From Selaginella moellendorffii (lineage: Eukaryota; Plantae; Lycopodiophyta), in assembly GCF_000143415.4 (NCBI RefSeq), contig NW_003314284.1, positions 1,683,715 through 1,747,714 on the forward strand: a DNA stretch of 64,000 nt. Reading direction: 5' to 3'. Below are positions 14,019-26,226 of the stretch, piece after piece. A model generated the notes under the pieces. It worked only from the letters and a program-made list of their open reading frames with translations, did not search any database and was not told the DNA's origin. The position numbers were made by a program, and so were the translations under genes. Every line of letters starts with the position of its first letter. Position 1 is the first letter of the stretch.

Positions 14019-15807
14019 TTAGGTAGTTAGTCCAATCGACACTGCTGCTCTCTCCTCACCTTCCTCTCCATCTCCCTTTGGTGGCCAATACTCATCGTTC
14101 ATAAGAACCTTTGCGCAAAAAGAGTTGAGATTTAGCAAGAAAGGCCTTCAACAAATGCAGCTAAAGCTTACTTTGACTTGCAATTGCAAGAACTTGACGT
14201 AGTTGATGGCCTTCTCCAACATGGTTACCAGATCGACCTGCTCTTCCACAAATCAGCCAATGCAAAAGAAGAGAAAAAGAGTTTCCAATGCTCTCCCAGT
14301 CTACCTTGGATCCATTTGGTATGAGCTCCTGCAGGATTTTAAGCCGGTCACTTATCCGTTCTCTTCGTTGCTGCAATAAAAACATCACACCAGTGTAAGT
14401 TTGACTCGATTTTTTCTTCCTTTTCTTTCTTACTCTGGCAGCAATGCTTTGTGGATCATTAGCACAACCTTGCTTTGCTCGCGGCTTAAGATTAGTGTTG
14501 AGCGCGGGTTCCCGCTTGTGAGAGTTACCTCTCTTGGAAGAAGCGCCAAACCTTGTCCTTTGCGCGGTGGAGCCTTTGTGACGCTTTGCATCCTGATCAA
14601 AACCAACAGAAAGAAAAGAGAGAAGTCAGCCACTTCTTCCGTCAGCCATGAGATCACCGCACACGCTTGCAAGAACCAAATTTGAGACGCTTACCCTGTT
14701 GTTCTCTTGGAGCGAGCATCTCCTTGACATCTCCTCCACGGTTTTAATGCCAGATTTCCTGGAGCTGCCTTGACCCGGCAAAAAAATGGACTGTAGCTGC
14801 TGCGCCTGTGACTGTCCTCCTCCTCCATCGCCCGTGTGATTCCTCCTCGCAGCCTGACCATTAATTCCGAAGTTTCCATTCGCACTCCAGCTGCCACCAA
14901 AAGCTCCTTGACACTGACTTGTAATCTGCTGCTCTTCCTGCTGTGGCTGCTTGAAATCTATAGCGCTCGATCCAAGGAGGAGCTCAAGGTTGCTCCTTGA
15001 ATTGCCAGTAGTTACAGCGACGCCGTCGTGACAGTTGAAAGTCCCCCCGGGAGGATACGAAACATGCGAAGAAAAGCTGTTGAATTCCTGCTGATGCTGG
15101 TGCTGCCTTTCGAATAGCATCCCCTGGCTGCTCAAGCTGAGGTTGTGACTGTCGACGAACTGCGGTGGTGGTCTGAACACATTACTGCTGCTACCAAATG
15201 CCGCACCGTCCTGCTGCATGAAACAACCGTAGTCTGCTTGATGATGGCTTGAGAGCTTTGAAGGCCGGTTGTCCCAGCTCGGAAACCGTGCCTTGTGCTG
15301 CTCCTGATCCGAGGGAAAGGCAGCGGAAACTAGCGACGGGAGCGTCTCGATTCCATCGTCACGCAAGTCGGTGGCTTGTAGAAGATTGTGCCAGTTCTCT
15401 ACTGCGCGCTCCCCTTCTGAAAATCCTTGGACTGCTGCTTCTGCTGCTGCCGGAGAGGATGATGGCGATGATGCCTTGCTCTGGACTTGCTCTAGGACAT
15501 TCTCAACAATTCTCCCAGGAGAATTCGACTGCCATGTCCAGGAGGAGCTGCTCCCTCCACTCGAGCCAGCAGACGAATCGTTGACACTACACGAACCGCG
15601 AATTGGAGCCGTTTCAAGCTCCGTGCTGCAATCCTCCGCCGCCGCCGCTGCCGCCGCTTCGTGATCACTCGTCAAGCATGAGTCGCCAGTGCCACCACCT
15701 GGATCGCAATCACCCTTCGAGCTCCGGCAAGCCACTTCCTGCCTCCTCCTACAGCTCCTCCTCGTGAGATCGCCACCAAAGAACAAAGGCTCGCAGACTA
15801 TTCCCAT
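14019..15807 (-). CDS. RSL1: Class I RSL (RHD6-like) bHLH transcription factor
   Basis: Spliced domain reads PALNTNLKPRASK..ANDPQSIAAR/QRRERISDRLKILQELIPNGSK/VDLVTMLEKAINYVKFLQLQVK/VLMNDEYWP. First in-frame ATG at 15807; stop at 14019-14021. Confidence 0.88.
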
Positions 15808-16977
15808 TGCACTAGTGTCCGGCCACTCCTCCAACCCATACTAGAGCTCAAGAAAGCTCTGCATGAAGCAAAATTCTCCCCTCCCGAGCAGCCCGAGCTG
15901 GGCGCCCGATCGCAGCGATGAGACCTCTACAAGTCGAGGGCCCCAGAAATCCAGTCGCAAAAATACAGTGTCTCCACAGGGAACCAAACCGACACGCGCC
16001 GCGGCACCACTTAAACAAGGACGAGATCTCCAGTGTCAGACGAACAAGTTATATAACTAGAACCGTGTGGATTCTTTCGGTTGCCCCTGGCCGGAGCTAC
16101 GAAGCCTATAATGACAAGCTATGCCTAGCTGCTGCTGTTCAGATCAGGCCCCTCCCCCCTTCAATCCCAGCAAGCATGTACAGGCGCTGTATAAAATAGA
16201 CCTCCGTGTAGCTGTCGAGCTCTTCTTTCCTCGCCCCCAGAGTCAGAGCAAGGAAGAAGCGCGCGAGCTGCGCAGAAAGCTCTCCCAAGTCAAACCATCC
16301 CTTAAATAACATTTCCCCGCGGATGATTTATCCAGCCCATCCTGCCAGCTTGCTCGCTCTAATTCTCTCCTTCTCTGGGATTCAAACGGTGAGAAGAGCA
16401 AGCTCAAACCTCATGCCCCACACTACCTATAAACAAACTTACTCTCGCTCACAAGTTTCAACGAGGAACTTTAAGGAAAGCCAAGCAGGAAAACGAAACA
16501 AAATGGATGCAGCAGGACAGACGAACCGCAGCATCTGTTATTACGCCTCGCTTGGCACAAGGCGGAGGAGAAGAAACACTAACACTCAACAGGCGAATAA
16601 AAAAGGGTGGCCAAAGAAGCGGAGGAGCTCTAAAAGGTCAAGAATCCGCTGTGATGTCACATGCCCAAGTCCTAAGGTGCTTGCTGCTCGCTACTGCGGG
16701 GACACTAATCTCACCTTAATCGCTCTCCATGTGTTGCATGTGCACAGGAGGCGTGCTTACAATTATTGCCGCGTCCTTCGTAATAAATGCGGCATGCACC
16801 CACCACCCTGGAAGCGCTTCACCACTGCTTTCAATCAACCCACGCAAGCAAAATCTCCAGCAGATACATTAATTCAACTTCACCCACCTGTGCCAGAATT
16901 ATTTCCTTATTCTATTATCAAATTTGGATTTCAAAGTCCTTAAAAGTATAGAACCTATTTACCCTAGTATTCTAGCA

Positions 16978-17907
16978 ATGGAAGCAAAGAGAGCCAAGCA
17001 TGCACGATTGGATATGGTCTTTTTCCTGGTGTTGGAATATGGTCATCTGGAGCTTGAGGATCTCATTAGATTTGACGAGGTCACAGGCAAAAGGTTTTGT
17101 CGCCAACAGATGGTAAGGAAGCTAGTGGAATTAGATTGCATCGTCACAGCCTCGGATCTGCTCGACGAGAACTGCGATGGTGAAACGTTTGAATTGGTGT
17201 TGCTTGGATTGCAACCGAAATTACCACACGGAAGAAAAGATTATGTGAAGAGGGATCTACTTGGGCGAATGAAGGCCCTTGGGTACAAACGCAGTGTTAG
17301 GGTGTTCGAGAAAGCAATCCTTGAGTGGAGTTCATCACCCAAAGAGGCATATGATCTGTTTCTTGCAATGGCAGAGGAGTGTGAGGCTGGAGCAACGCCA
17401 GGTTGCTACAACGAAGTGCTTAATGTCAACGATGTCGGTTTTAGCAGAGCGATGGTGATTGTCAAAGAAGCGAAGCTCAAGAATGTCCCGGTTGATAGCC
17501 TGGATGTCGTCCCATGTATGCGGAGATTTCTTCAAGACAAGGCACAGGTCTCCGAGGCTGTCGCCTTGCTCATGGAATTTGGAGATCACACCGACGCAAA
17601 GACTGCAACTGTTATAGAGGCATTCATTGGACGCAGCGATTCAAAATATTTGTTTGAGGGTGTGGTGAATTCAAGCATTTGTGGTCGGGCTTTTCCCCAT
17701 TGTTGTAGGAGTTTATTCAAACGTTCTTACTTATACGGTGACAATGTTCCTCCGGTTCTTCTACGTTCGTTTTTCCTCGTGGATGACCCTGACCGTGACA
17801 CATGCGTTGGTGTTCTGAAGTGTCTTCAACATGCCTGTATGATCGGAGAAGCAAATAGGGTTTATCAAAAGTTTCCTCAATACTTTGCAAATAAACTACG
17901 TACTTAA
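16978..17907 (+). CDS. Intronless hypothetical helical-repeat protein with degenerate PPR-like segments
   Basis: ~309 codons from ATG 16978. Segments PGCYNEVLNV..FSRAMVIVKEAKLKNVPVD and PDRDTCVGVLKCLQHACMIGEANRVYQKF resemble the PPR consensus. Confidence 0.55.
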   Translation: MEAKRAKHARLDMVFFLVLEYGHLELEDLIRFDEVTGKRFCRQQMVRKLVELDCIVTASDLLDENCDGETFELVLLGLQPKLPHGRKDYVKRDLLGRMKALGYKRSVRVFEKAILEWSSSPKEAYDLFLAMAEECEAGATPGCYNEVLNVNDVGFSRAMVIVKEAKLKNVPVDSLDVVPCMRRFLQDKAQVSEAVALLMEFGDHTDAKTATVIEAFIGRSDSKYLFEGVVNSSICGRAFPHCCRSLFKRSYLYGDNVPPVLLRSFFLVDDPDRDTCVGVLKCLQHACMIGEANRVYQKFPQYFANKLRT

Positions 17908-18298
17908 TACCTTTGATTCCAAAAATAGCTATGGAGTAAAAAGATGCAGAATCCTCTCTAGAGCTATAGCTGTGGTGGAGCCCTACAACAGGGATCGCAC
18001 AACCAGCGGACGCATACAATTCTAGAGATTGATATGAGCTTCGATGTATTGCCTAGAAAGAATTTAGTAGACGTGATATAAGACTTGTAGTCTAGAAATA
18101 TTTTCGCCTCTGTATTTTAAACTTAACAACCGAATAAAAACAAAACAGAACAATTTACTACTAGTGTTTTTTAGAAAGAATGTGAGGAGCAAGTTGTAAA
18201 AAGGAATTAAAACTGATCGTGCCTGCTAGAAAACCAGCATTCCACCAACAACGAAAGCGTGTTTACAATCTGGCCACCTTGTCATAATCCCCCGTATC

Positions 18299-20150
18299 CT
18301 ATTCCGCTGCTGTTTGGCCTCCACCTTCTGCTGGAGCTTCTTCACCCTCTGCCGGTGGTGGCGGCGGTGCCGCAGCTGGCTCTGGAGGAGGTGCTGGCGG
18401 GGGCTCGGTATTCTGCTCTACCACCCTCCGGAAAATCGCCCCGACTTCCACCGCCACCTGTTCCTCTTCTTCGTGTCTCGTAATCACCCTTCTCAGCATG
18501 GTCCGGACTTCGTACACCACTTGCATCTCAACCGACTCGAAGTAGCGCAGGAAGTCGCAGAAGAATGTCGTCGAGCTTGCTGTCAGCTCTCTTGTAGTCT
18601 GCTCGACTATGTCCAGCACGTCCCTCACATAATCAGCGGAATCAGCTGTAGCAACTTCCGTCATGTAGGACTCCACGGACATAATGATTGTGTTGACCAT
18701 GGCGCTAACAACATTCAATGCCCTCGACTCTTGGGAAATCGTGGCAGCCTCCACCTGCAAAGAATGCGTGAGCGAATGCATCTACAGTTTAAACATCCCA
18801 ATTTGCATACCACACAGTGCAATGTATTTCGAGCGCAAACAATCTTCTCCAACTCCCTCTCCATGTTTTCCGCCAGCATTGGCATAAAATGGTTCTCAAC
18901 CTGCAGGGCATTGCTACACTCCCGAGAGGAAATAAAATAAAAAGTCACCTCTCGTTCAACAGGGTCATAGAAGTAGTCCTCAGATTCAAGGTACGAAAGC
19001 ACGGAGTCTGTCATCTTCTTCAAATACTCCCTTGCAAAGTTTTGAGTTTCAATCTGCAAGAGCACACGCATAAGCATCAAGCTTTAGTCGTCACATGGAT
19101 TTGAAACTTACTAGCTCCTTCAGTTTCCGTTCTTCTTCAAGCCGTTTCTTTTCTTGCTCAACACGTCTCTTCTTTTCTTCAATCTTTCTCCATTCGGAGA
19201 ACTCCATTCTCTGTGTCGCAACCAGTTCTGCCGCACGGATTTTCTCGAAATGATCCTGAAACACCCACGGCTCAAAGCTTTAAAATGCAAAAGGCAACGT
19301 GGTTATTAAAGCGCCAACCTGGTGCTTGTGCAACTCGGCAAGCTGCCGTTCTTCCGTTACTTCCATCCATGCCTGCTCGACGGTCCTGCCTACCAACACC
19401 TCAAGCATTGGCTCAACCTCCTCATCGAAATTAAAGAGGTCTCCTTCTTCGATCTGGAAATGGAACAAGCCATTCGAAAACAAACTGTTAAAAGGGATAA
19501 AAGCGAAGCTCACGCATTACCTGTGTCCCGATATCCGGACCCGGCTTCTGTGGAATAAAAAGCGGAGTGGCTGGTCTGTCCAAGAACGGATCAGTTTGAG
19601 TATCAATGTCATACTCTGGAATCCTGTCAACTAGCTCCTCCAGATAGACATCTGTCTGCGCATCACCACACCAGGTTCGTGATTGGCTCATAGCTTCCAG
19701 TTCTTAAGTTCTTGTGTTTTATGTTCTAGAAGAATAAAAAAGAAAAATCGAATGAGCTGTGTTCCACCGCTATTTAAACACTCACCTGGATGTCCATGTT
19801 TTTTCTTCCATCGATCGTAGGAGGTGTGGTACTGTAAGCAGGAACTTTTCTTTTCTTCTTGACGGCCTTCCTCTCTGGGGGAGGAGGCTCAGCTTTGAAT
19901 CCAGTCTGAAGAAACAACGACCTTGAGGAAGAAATCTCGAGATGAGAGAAGATCCGCGTACCTTCATCTTACTGTAGGTCGGACCACGCACTACCCGCGG
20001 ATCAAACATGAGATTGAGAGGAGGGCCGCCGCTCATCGCCACGGGCGGCGCCAATCCCCCAGCAGCCGCTGCCGCTGCGGCCGTGGCGGCTCTCGGCGAT
20101 GGCGATCCCCGCGCCACGGCACTGCGGCTGGAATTCCGATCCACGCCCAT
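18299..20150 (-). CDS. RSP3: Flagellar radial spoke protein 3 (multi-exon)
   Basis: NLMFDPRVVRGPTYS, QTDVYLEELVDR..DTQTDPFLDRPATPLFIPQKPGPDIGTQ/IEEGDLFNFDEEVEPMLEVLVGRTVEQAWMEVTEE and FYDPVERE are diagnostic of RSP3/RSPH3. Confidence 0.9.
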
Positions 20151-20296
20151 CGCTCCTCCTCCTCTAGGGCAGGGCAAAATCGATCGTGCAATGGATGGGC
20201 ACCATTTTAAACATACTACTTTCCCGGGCAAATAAGATTCGTTATCCTAGGGCAAAAAGGGCAAATGCTTTGCCCTAAACGAATTTCCTCCCCCTG

Positions 20297-22093
20297 ATGA
20301 GGACTGTGGTGGGAGACGAGGCGCTCGACGGCGCCGTGGATTCAATCGTTGCGGCGGGCCGGGCAGTAGCTCTAGGGCTCTTGATCGGCAGGCTGGGCTC
20401 CGGCGGGAGGGATTTTGTGGTGGGATTGGTGCAGACGCCCGTCAAGGAAGATGGAGGCGATGCGGCAGTGCTTCTCTCGTCATCTGGCAATCAATCTCGG
20501 TCACGATCTGGAGCTGGATCCATGGCGCTCTCGATTGATGCTGAATGGGTAGCGGAGCATGCTAGACAGGTACCAATTTTACTTTTCCTTCGTTCATTCA
20601 GCTACCACATTTTCTCTGCAAGATCTCTAGAATGCTTTTAGGAGGATTAGGTGTGGTTGGATTGTATTGCCTTGCTCCAGACAGCGCCTTCAAGCAATCG
20701 ACTGCTATTCTTTGTCAGGTAAGATTTCTCGAGCTCTTGCTATGGTTTTTATTTTTTTCCTCTCGGCAGGTCTCAAATGCTGTGGCCGCTGTCACTTCGA
20801 TCTCTGCGCAGGAGCGCTTTGTTTTACAGATATCTACAAGCCCAAGAAGGTTGGAAATATTTTTCTACGCAACACCATCTTTATATGCTTTTTTTTGGAT
20901 AGGCTGGCTTGTAAAGTATGCACAGTGGAGCCGAATGGAAGTTCTTCGCTAAAGCCTTGCGAGTGGAAGCTGGCAAAGATTTCGACAAATCTGCAGAGCT
21001 TGACGTGCACGTATTCGTTTGATGCAAGGTGCGTTTCTAGTCGTGTGAAGTCTAAACGCACTTTTTTTTCTTTTTTTCTTCATTTCTCTTTCTAGCATAC
21101 CAGTTCGTTCCGCAGCTCAAGCTGACACATTCAAAAACAAATTGCTTTCATGGACAGCCTCGGAGATTAAAGTCATCCAATCTGCCGAGGTGCTCATCAA
21201 TAACGAACTCGTAAGGCCTTAAACTTCTCTTCACGATCGACTTTGTTTTATCTCTTTGCTTCCCTGCTGCTAGCAAGAAGGAGAGAACTACTCGGGGGAT
21301 GTCCAGCTTCTTCTTCCATTTAACAACAAAGAAGTTGTCGAAGGTCTCCTTCCTTTACTATTTCCTTGTGGCCAACTTATATGGCTTTTCTGTTGCAGGT
21401 GATAACCCGGCGATCGTAACAGGAAACGTAAACGTCAAAGGATCTGTCGATGCTCGAGCTTACGGATTTCCTCGCGAGCCTGCGTCTATGGCAATTGATG
21501 CTATCAAGGTACATGTTGATCGCGCTCTCGTGTTATATAAACTCGTCTCAACAGGAAGATATAATCGCCAGCCTACGCAATAGGATCGACATCCTTTGTG
21601 AAGAAGCAGAGCAACAATCGGCCGAGCAAGCGCCTCTATCACTTCTATCACATTGCGGGTCAGTAAGATCACTGTCTTCTCTTTTTCTTTCTTGAGAGAA
21701 CCTGAGTTAAATCTCGCTTTATAAACAGCCAAGACAGAGCGGAGTTTATTCTTCCCAGGAGAGTTTTACTACCATGGAATGAACTTCTGATTTGCGACTA
21801 TCTGCTACCCAGCGAGACTGACAAGGTAGAAAACAATGCTCGTTTCTTCCTCACTAATGCTCCTTTCTTTGCAGGAAATTAGAGAGCGATACACATACCT
21901 CTTTGGGCAGGAACTGCCTGGTGACATTCTCCAGTCTGAAAAGTTCTTCACTCTCACTCCAGCCGATTCCAAAACGTCGAAGATTTCTCCCAAAGGCGAG
22001 GCCAGGAGCAAGTTCTTTTCGCTGATAAGTGCATTGTTTGGGATTCTCATCCCAATCCTAGTTGCACTGGCTGTAGCCTTGTTCCGGAAATAA
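20297..22093 (+). CDS. ODR4: ODR-4 homolog (tail-anchored membrane protein, multi-exon)
   Basis: MRTVVGDE..LGLLIGRL..LSIDAEWVAEHARQ/..RMLLGGLGVVGLY matches plant ODR-4-like proteins. C-terminal TM helix LISALFGILIPILVALAVALFRK. Confidence 0.85.
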
Positions 22094-22181
22094 GAATGGT
22101 TTTGAGAGTTGTCTAACTGGTTTTAGTTTTAAAGGCAAGTTCTTTTTCTCGTGCCAATCTTTTGGCTGACTGAAAACGGAT

Positions 22182-23625
22182 TCAAACCTTGTGCGCCACC
22201 ATAGTTCTGTGATTCGGGGAGCTTTCCACTTGAGCCGGGAAGCTAAAGCCGCAGTCTTGAATGGCTTCTTCGATCTTAAACGTTCGATAGTCATCGAAGT
22301 AAGGCTCGGTTGCTTTAAACTGTGGACACGAAGACAGTTAGTAGTTTTGATGCGTCAAGATCATATCGCGTACCGCTGTGAAAGCAAATATGTTATTCAC
22401 CATTCTTTGAAGCGATGCCGAGTATGGATTCATTTCCATTATCGACAATGCTCCTCCGATCCGCAAGACTCTGTTTGCTTCTTCGACGACCTGCAAATAT
22501 CGGTAGGTCCAGCAAACTTTAGATCGACATGAACACAGTCTCTACCTGTTTAGTTGCGTTCCTTGGAAGTTCGTGGCAGACTAGGCAAATCGAGACAAGA
22601 TCGAAGCTTTTGTCAGGAAGACCCGTGAATTCTCCCGCAGAATGAACGAACTGCAAAGGAAGCTTTCGATCCTACACAAGTACAAAGTTAAAACGGCAAA
22701 AGAGATCAACAAAAGCATACCGAGGCTTTTGAAGCTTCCCTGAGCTTGTAGTTTGCCACGGACACAAAATACGGTGACATGTCAACTCCCACGACTTGTG
22801 CTTGAGGAAACACCTATAAAAACCAGAAAGAAATAACAAATACGTATAGAAAGCCAAATAGAGAGCAAGCAAAAACCTTGTGGAGTCCAAACGTACTGAG
22901 CCCAGTCGCACAGCCAACATCCAGCACGTCTCCCGGTGAAACACGCAGCATTGGTAGCATCTTTTGGTGATAAGAATCACGCAGCTTTACATCCCCATCA
23001 GGATCGAGCTTTTTCCTCTGCAAAGTTAGCGCCTCCAAACCTCAGCTTTTCACGAACAAAGTGGAAAGAAAAGAACAGACGTTGCCTCTGGATCGAAGAC
23101 ATTGGCATGGACGGATTTGGCTGCGAGATCAACCTCCAAGGCAGCGTCCCATGACAAGTTCCCATTATCGTACGCGTGGAAAGGCTTCAAATAATACTGC
23201 CGAGTTGAAAACGAAGAAACAATCGTTAGACCATCACGAAAGAACAATGCAGGAAGTCGAAAGATCAAACAAATGGATAGAAGATATCAATGAAAGACAA
23301 TGAAGAACCATGAGAGTTTTGAGACTGTACATACCTCTGGGTACTCTAAATTCACGTCCCGGACGGCCAGGAGCTCCGATTCCCAGTCATTCTCCCTGAG
23401 CCTGGCGAGCTCCGGCTCCCACGGGTAGCCAATCTTCTCGCCCCGCTCGACAATCATCCCCCGCGCCTTGCCCGCCGCGAGCTTGAAGAAGGGCTTGTAC
23501 GAGAAGAGCGCATTGAGCGCCGCAGACGCCAGAGCCATGGGCGCCGCATGCGAATCGGTGGCAGCGCAGGACAAATCCCTCCCACATTTGATCCTGTCGA
23601 GCGCGCAGCGCGACGCCATCGCCAT
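22182..23625 (-). CDS. Class I SAM-dependent methyltransferase, probably plastid-targeted (multi-exon)
   Basis: YPE/YYLKPFHAYDNGNLSW, motif I VLDVGCATGLST, GVDMSPYF, TGLPDKSFDLVS..CHELP, RVLRIGG, STEPYFDDY. Stop TGA at 22182-22184. Confidence 0.88.
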
Positions 23626-24052
23626 AGCTGGGAAGTACCTTATCCACACGTAAACCCTAAACCCTGAGCGGCAGTACCACTTTAAACTGCCGGTACCGCG
23701 CGGTGTACAGCCCTGCGTACCGCGCGGCATTCTTATCACGATTTGACCACGTGATAACGACTCACAACAGAGCGTGCTTTGTTAGACCGAGGACGACGAC
23801 TCAAACAGTAGCCATACGCGTTTGTTTCTTCACGCATAAGAAAGAGGAGGGAAAGATAGAGAGGAAGAAGAGTCGAGAGCTCGGCCCCGCCCCTAGCCTA
23901 GAGAATTTGGAGCGTTATCGGTCAGCAAATCTCCCTGTCCGTGCTTGATCCTCCCAGCTCCGCGTGGGTTTCTCTTTCTTGCTTGCTTGATCGACCATTG
24001 TTTCGCCCGCGCGCTTTGTGGGCGATTCTATCTCCGCGCTCTCCGGCTGGAG

Positions 24053-24904
24053 ATGGGGTCGGATGGCAAGGGCGAGAAGGACGACAAGAAAAAGGAGGAG
24101 AAGAAGCCACAGGTAGTGCGATCTTATGCCTCCTCTCTCTCCCTCTCGATCATTTGCATTTCCGGGAAGAATTCATACAGCGCGTCTCGAATCGAAAGGA
24201 GTTTTCTCTTCTTAAGCTTTTGATCTTCCTCGCACGCATCGATTCTTGTTCTTCTTGTTCTTCTTAGCGTGGCCTGGATCAATCGATTGCTCGCATTGAC
24301 GCATTCAAACTTGGCTCTTTCCTTGCTCTGTTTTCTTCTCCCTGTTCATCCATCGTCATCGCCGCTCTTCCAGTAGTGCTAACGAAATCTTTCTTCCGCT
24401 TGGTAGACCACAGTGCTCAAGCTCCAGTTCCACTGCGACAATTGCGTGAAGCGAGTCAAGAAATCGGTGGCGACCCTCAAAGGTAATCGATCAACTTCTT
24501 GACATCCACATGATCGAACATTGGAACTCGTGTCTCTCGCAGGCGTGACTTCCATCACTGTGGATGAGAAATCCGGCAAGGTGACGGTCGTGGGCCACGT
24601 CGAGCCCAAGAAGGTGCTCAAGAGGGTCCAGAAGACGGGCAAGCACGTCGAGATGCTCGAGCCCAAGGAGAAGAAGGACGACAAGAGCAAGGACGAGAAA
24701 TCGAAGAAGGACAAGGGCGACGATTCGTCGAGCAAGAAGAAGGACGAGGGAGGCTCCAAGAAGGACGACAAGAAAGACGGCGATGGCGGCAAATCGTCGG
24801 GCAAGAAAGACGAGCACCAGTTGATGATCACCAGGATCGCCCACAACGACTTCACCTACGTTTTCAGCGACGACAATCCCAACAACAATTGTAGCATTAT
24901 GTGA
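24053..24904 (+). CDS. HIPP: Heavy-metal-associated isoprenylated plant protein (HIPP), 3 exons
   Basis: VLKLQFHCDNCVKRVKK (CxxC HMA), Lys/Asp-rich linker, FSDDNP motif and CaaX CSIM before the stop. Confidence 0.93.
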
Positions 24905-25453
24905 TCGTGGATCGTCTCGGATTCACTCCGATGGATCGATAGATCCAGTGATGGGCTTTCTTACGCCGGCTTTGGTCTAGGTGTGGTTTCATCTGTACAG
25001 GAGAGTTCTTCGTCTTGTTTGTTTTGATCGGATCGACCTTCTCTTTTTGACCATATATCAATCAATCAAAGGTATGGCATCGGTGGAATTCTTTCGCGCA
25101 AGTAGCTTTTCGCGCCCAGATCGATTCCAGTGCAATCGAGTAGAATTTCCCTCCAGGATTTTTCCATCCAGCCATCAACAAGATGGAGAAGATAGATGCC
25201 CCTCATCATTCCCACCATGGAGAGGAGAGCCTCGCGTGGCCGCCATTAAATCTGGAATCATCGAGTCGAGAACTTTGTAGCTCACAGCAATTCTTTCTCT
25301 CTCGCCACCATCGCCGCCACCTTCTTCGTGGGATTCCTTTCATTTCTCTTGATAAGACTTAGCGGATTCGCTCCGCCAGTTTGAAATACGGGATATGCAA
25401 AAGAGGATTCCATGGAAAAAGGTGGAAGTTGACAGGAACGAACAAGAACACGT

Positions 25454-25885
25454 TTAACATCTAGTAAATCTTAGCACTTGACTTGGTCCAGTCAAATGCC
25501 GGTCAACAAGGGGGGGTCTCTTTAGTTTCTCTTCCTGTTCCACCGGCGGCTCCCAAGTGGTAACGTTGTTCTTAAGTTTCCTCGCTGCCCTCAACACCTC
25601 GTTCTCTGTGATCTCCCCGCGGACAATCACCCTGTGCTCGGGCACATCAATCTCGACCATTTCCACTCCTAGAAAGACCAGGAATTCCATGAATTCAAGA
25701 GTAGGGTTTCATGATTCCGTATGTGTACCTCGCATTGTGGAGAGCAGCTTGTGCATCCTCCTCCTGCAAGCCGAGCAATCCAAGTTCACTCGCAGAGAGA
25801 CTATCTGGCGCACGAAAAACTTGTAATCAATTGAGCAGCCATGAAAGAAACTCGCAACTTTGCAAAGAGAACCCACCTGAGACAT
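25454..25885 (-). CDS. HMA-domain protein without evident CaaX (HPP type); ends uncertain
   Basis: MSQ/IVSLRVNLDCSACRRRMHKLLSTMR/GVEMVEIDVPEHRVIVRGEITENEVLRAARKLK with GT-AG introns at typical HIPP/HPP positions. Confidence 0.8.
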
Positions 25886-26226
25886 TTTCGTGCCGCCAGA
25901 GAATGCATCATGAAACTTATCCTTGTATGGAACCAGACAATTCCCACATCGCAAAGTTGACGAGACTGAGACCAAATCAAAACCTGTGACACAGGCGCTT
26001 GACCGGACGCTACACGACTCGATCGAAAGAAAGACAAAAAGTCCAAACGACAAAGCAATAGAACCTTCCCTGCTCCAGAACTAGATCACAACTTCCATCC
26101 TTGATCGTCACGCCTGGCCACCAATTTCTACATTGCAAAGTTTGACTGGATCCTACCATTGAATTGACTCCTTGACCAGGAAGTCTGGGTTGCGTCGAGT
26201 GGACGAACATTTCGCGTGGACTCGGG

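Noticed and set aside
16323-16943. 206-aa ORF upstream of RSL
   Set aside because: No motifs or codon bias; lies in a divergent promoter region.
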